Part shown: one piece after another, positions 8,828-11,878 of the stretch
How positions within the stretch are numbered: position 1 is the stretch's first letter
Layout: the number at the start of each line of letters is the position of its first letter
Source: an uncultured archaeon
Lineage (GTDB): Archaea > Asgardarchaeota > Lokiarchaeia > Sigyniarchaeales > SOKP01
Length of the DNA stretch: 11,878 bases
Assembly: GCA_964493715.1 (NCBI GenBank)
Contig: CAZBPC010000098.1
Coordinates: 1 to 11,878 of the forward strand
Direction: 5' to 3'
Position numbers and translations under genes: made by a program
The notes under the pieces: model-generated
What the model was told of the DNA's origin: nothing
Database searches by the model: none
Seen by the model: the letters and a program-made list of their open reading frames with translations, nothing else

Positions 8828-10645
8828 TCATTCATTATTTGAATTCTCAGTTAAATCTTCAACTGGGGGTGGAATGTAATCTCCAATATCGGGAAATATG
8901 ATTTTTGCAATCTCCCATCCTTTTTCAGTGGGATATGAAAGTGCACTCGCAATGAGTTGTTCACCAGATTCATTAGTTAATTCAATCTTATGAATCTCTG
9001 CATTATTATTTATTATCATATCAAACTTAGCTCCACTACTCCCTTCCGGCACAATTAAAAGTGCATGGTCAATTGCTTTTTCATCAATAGCATCTTTCAA
9101 TCGTTTTGCAGCATAATATCCCGCTACACCTGCACTTCGATCAAAAGTTTTAATAGAGGGTATTTCTAAACCCCATTTTTTTCCTTCTGCTTCAATTAAA
9201 GCTGCTAGAGTTTGGCTTCTTTTACCAAGCATAAATTTAAATTCCATTTGAGTATTGAATTTTTTCTTTTGTTCTTCCCCAATTTTGATTACAGTTTTTA
9301 ATGCTGCACCAGCTACAGAAGATGGGTTAATATCAATAACATATTCCTCCTCTGCTAATATTTCTTCGATTGTTTTTTTAATAACATCACGTGGTTTTGA
9401 AAAATCAATAATTTCTTCCTCTGGTTGAGGCGGTTTAGCGGTAGCTACGATATCTACTCCTATTTTCATAAGTTCTTCAACACTCATTTCTTCTAATACT
9501 ACTTTATCGATAAATCTACGGCATAATTTTATAGAGTTACGTGGATTTCCTTTTGTTTTTTCAAAAATCATTTCAATTAACTTTTCATTTAATGGGAATA
9601 GTGGATATAATGGAGGATTCAGGTTATTCTCATCCCAGAAAGTTTCCATGGTTCGTGAATAAAATATTTTCAAATCATTCAAAGTGAAAGGTCTTAATTC
9701 TTGTTCAGGTTCCATTCTCGAGCGAAGAGGCTGATCAGCAATTTCTAATATACGAGGCCAAATTTCTTTCAATACTGCAATGATGATAACTAATCCTTTT
9801 ACCTCATTATATAATCTTTTAAGAATTTCAAGAAATTTTCTTTCGGCTGCCTCTCCAAGCATTCTATAAGGAGATTCGAGTTCATCAAAATAGAGAATGA
9901 GCACTCTATCAAGATTTTCAGTAATGATTTTAATCATAGCAAGGCAGACGTCGTCTTCTTCCACTACGCTATTTATTCCTAATTCATTTAACTCTTCGGG
10001 AGATAGATCTTCCCCTAATAACCATCGTTCAGCCAAAGGTTTCTTATTTTTATCCAATTGATAAGTTACTAGTGCTTTCACGCAATCTGCGAATACACCA
10101 GGGAACTCTCTAATTCCCTTTTGTATAATTTCGTCAATTTTTGGCTTTTGGAAGATTCCAGCTTTTTTTCCTCCCCATTTATCCAAAACAAGGCGTTTTG
10201 AAACAATATCGAGAATTTCTGGTCCTACATCTTCAATAATACAAGTATAAACATGAAGTAGGACTCTAATGCTTGCTGGTGGGCTAGGAACATAAATGAT
10301 TGTCCAATCTGCAGGTTCAATTTGATTGACTTCAACCTCTTGATCTTCTGAAGACTGCTCCAATTTCTTTCTATTTTCTCTCTCTTTATCTTTAAAGGAA
10401 TGATAAGTATGAGTTTTTCCCGTACCAGCTGAGCCTAAAATTGGAATCAAACGAGAGGACCTATCTCGAGATGTTTGACGTACCAATCTATAAACTTCTC
10501 TATCTATATAACTTCTAGGGCGAGCTATATCAATTTTGTCTGGAATATCTCCACGTGAAACGAAGTTAGAAAAAGGTAGCAGTGGGGCTTCACGCAAGAC
10601 ATCGAGATACATCTCTTTATCATCGTCTGATAATTCACTGTACAC
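8828..10645 (-). CDS. P-loop AAA+ ATPase with helical insertion (BrxD/DUF2791-like or Cdc6-related) plus separate C-terminal alpha/beta domain
   Basis: Walker A ILGSAGTGKT, Walker B LILYFDELE, Arg-finger-like PLRSRM, sensor-2-like GNPR; insert with AERWLLGEDL. GTG start preceded by AAGGAG. Confidence 0.85.
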   Translation of the reverse strand: MYSELSDDDKEMYLDVLREAPLLPFSNFVSRGDIPDKIDIARPRSYIDREVYRLVRQTSRDRSSRLIPILGSAGTGKTHTYHSFKDKERENRKKLEQSSEDQEVEVNQIEPADWTIIYVPSPPASIRVLLHVYTCIIEDVGPEILDIVSKRLVLDKWGGKKAGIFQKPKIDEIIQKGIREFPGVFADCVKALVTYQLDKNKKPLAERWLLGEDLSPEELNELGINSVVEEDDVCLAMIKIITENLDRVLILYFDELESPYRMLGEAAERKFLEILKRLYNEVKGLVIIIAVLKEIWPRILEIADQPLRSRMEPEQELRPFTLNDLKIFYSRTMETFWDENNLNPPLYPLFPLNEKLIEMIFEKTKGNPRNSIKLCRRFIDKVVLEEMSVEELMKIGVDIVATAKPPQPEEEIIDFSKPRDVIKKTIEEILAEEEYVIDINPSSVAGAALKTVIKIGEEQKKKFNTQMEFKFMLGKRSQTLAALIEAEGKKWGLEIPSIKTFDRSAGVAGYYAAKRLKDAIDEKAIDHALLIVPEGSSGAKFDMIINNNAEIHKIELTNESGEQLIASALSYPTEKGWEIAKIIFPDIGDYIPPPVEDLTENSNNE

Positions 10646-10650
10646 ATTAA

Positions 10651-10657
10651 TCTCCTT
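10651..10657 (-). promoter_or_regulatory. Shine-Dalgarno-like site for the ATPase
   Basis: Minus strand AAGGAGA 5 nt before the GTG at 10645. Confidence 0.55.
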
Positions 10658-10818
10658 TATTTTTTTTAATTTTACTTAATTTAAAATTTAATTGGAATAA
10701 ATTTATAAAACTAAACAATTTTTTCTAGAATATAAGCTATAATATTTTTAACTTTAAGTATTTATATTTAAATTTACATTTAAAAATTTATTGAAATCAT
10801 ATTACGGGAGAATTTATC

Positions 10819-11487
10819 ATGCCTAACAGAGATGATTACGAAGAAGATGATGATGATGATGAAGATGATGAAAATGACCCATTAAATATTTTCAAATGGT
10901 TTAAAGATCCAAATATATTCAAAGATCCGAATAATTTATTTAATAATTTTGATCCATCCAAGCTCTTTGAATCAGATGAATTTAAAGACATTTTTAAAAA
11001 TATCTTCAAACAAGTCCTTAATAACATGCCAGAAGAATATCAAGACATGTCTCCAGAGGAACTTTTCAAAGAATTGACTAAAAGTGCACCCCATTCGGCA
11101 TTTTTTAAATTTGGGTTTGATCGTGATGGTAAACCGATAATGCAACCTTTTGGCAAACCAACAAAAGGAACAAAAAGGGAAAAACCAGCATCTCCCAAAA
11201 TAAAAGATACAAAGGAACCTTTAGTTGAAGTCTCTGAAGTGGATGGGCAGATAATAGTTATTGCAGAGATGCCTGGGGTAATTAAGGAAGATATTGAAAT
11301 AAAAGCAACCAACTATAGTTTAACTATATCTACTAAACCAAACACTGAAAGTAGATCTTATTATAAGGAAGTTGAGTTACCAACAGCAATTAATTCTGAT
11401 TATGCTAAAGCTCGTTATGTGAATGGTATTCTCGAAGTTAAACTGAAAAAAATTGATGAAAAACATGCTAACATAGCAGTAGATTAA
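10819..11487 (+). CDS. hsp20: Small heat shock protein, archaeal Hsp20/alpha-crystallin family
   Basis: FGFDRDGKPIMQPFG archaeal Hsp20 pre-domain motif; alpha-crystallin domain EPLVEV...VIAEMPGVIKEDI...YYKEVELP...AKARYVNGILEVKLKK; C-terminal IxV (IAV); GGGAG at 10806-10810 as a likely RBS. Confidence 0.95.
   Translation: MPNRDDYEEDDDDDEDDENDPLNIFKWFKDPNIFKDPNNLFNNFDPSKLFESDEFKDIFKNIFKQVLNNMPEEYQDMSPEELFKELTKSAPHSAFFKFGFDRDGKPIMQPFGKPTKGTKREKPASPKIKDTKEPLVEVSEVDGQIIVIAEMPGVIKEDIEIKATNYSLTISTKPNTESRSYYKEVELPTAINSDYAKARYVNGILEVKLKKIDEKHANIAVD
10840..10872 (+). repeat. GAA/GAT trinucleotide tract encoding a poly-acidic stretch
   Basis: (GAA)2(GAT)5 GAA (GAT)2 GAA = EEDDDDDEDDE. Confidence 0.8.
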
Positions 11488-11563
11488 ATATTAGATTTTA
11501 TAATATGCCCCTATTTTTCTCAATTTAGCCACCATTATTATTTACTATACCCCCTTCTTTAGT

Positions 11564-11578
11564 AAAAAAGTTTTTATA
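11564..11578 (+). promoter_or_regulatory. Putative BRE-TATA promoter of the last gene
   Basis: AAAAAAG-TTTTTATA, purine run followed by TTTATA, about 48 nt upstream of ATG 11626. Confidence 0.45.
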
Positions 11579-11625
11579 CTTCTAAAATCAAATAATTTTA
11601 CACAACTTTATATTATGTGATAAAA

Positions 11626-11878
11626 ATGTCTGAAAAAAAAAGTGGTATTAGTAAAAAGGGTTTAATTATAAATCTTGTTATATTTGCCTTACTATTACTT
11701 CTTGGGCTTATTCTACTACTGACAGGATTTAATGAAGCATTCTATAGCTCATCTTCCACGGTTAGAAGTATATTTAAATACATCACTTATCTCGGAGAAC
11801 CGATCGTATTTATCGTTATCATTTCCATTCTATTCATCGTATATGATAAGAAATTTGCAAAAAACCTTCTCCTCGTTT
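11626..11878 (+). CDS. Membrane protein, probable PAP2-family phosphatase, 3'-truncated (not in ORF track)
   Basis: Manual translation: MSEKKSGISKKGLIINLVIFALLLLLGLILLLTGFNEAFYSSSSTVRSIFKYITYLGEPIVFIVIISILFIVYDKKFAKNLLLV, open to the window edge; two TM helices; FKYITYLGE...DKK pattern is typical of PAP2 N-termini; catalytic motifs lie outside the window. Confidence 0.72.
   Translation, partial: MSEKKSGISKKGLIINLVIFALLLLLGLILLLTGFNEAFYSSSSTVRSIFKYITYLGEPIVFIVIISILFIVYDKKFAKNLLLV

Noticed and set aside
8828-10645. Calling the ATPase a BREX system or Cdc6/Orc1 with a replication origin
   Set aside because: No other brx/pgl genes in the window; no ORB-like G-string repeats in the adjacent spacer; the C-terminus does not look like a winged helix.
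7125-10645. MoxR/transglutaminase/vWA-type module or a longin-ATPase operon
   Set aside because: The ATPase lacks MoxR motifs, no vWA/DUF58 gene is present, and the ATPase is convergent with the other two genes.
10836-11312. Minus-strand ORFs including a poly-Ser tail
   Set aside because: Poly-Ser is the reverse complement of the GAT/GAA tract of hsp20.
1-11878. CRISPR array, tRNA/rRNA, IS elements
   Set aside because: Intergenic spacers are under about 175 bp and AT-rich, with no periodic repeats, GC-rich stems or transposase ORFs.

Overview
AT-rich, densely coding archaeal-type window; the gene set (archaeal-type Hsp20, a longin/uDENN-like protein, a CCG-domain Fe-S oxidoreductase, GH57) suggests an Asgard archaeon, probably Lokiarchaeia (inference). 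In order: a 5'-truncated HdrD/GlpC-like Fe-S protein; a small OB-fold-like protein; a carbohydrate-related trio (GH57, Gfo/Idh/MocA oxidoreductase and a divergent ~790-aa probable alpha/alpha-toroid protein behind a palindrome-rich promoter); a flavodoxin-like protein; a transglutaminase-like protein; a longin-like plus helical-repeat protein; a 605-aa AAA+ ATPase with a helical insert and a possible degenerate restriction-endonuclease-like C-terminal domain; Hsp20 with an acidic, DP-repeat N-terminus; and a 3'-truncated PAP2-like membrane protein absent from the ORF track. No RNA genes, CRISPR arrays or mobile elements were seen. No single multi-gene novel system is demonstrable; the best leads are the longin-like protein, the ATPase and the uncharacterised toroid/oxidoreductase pair.
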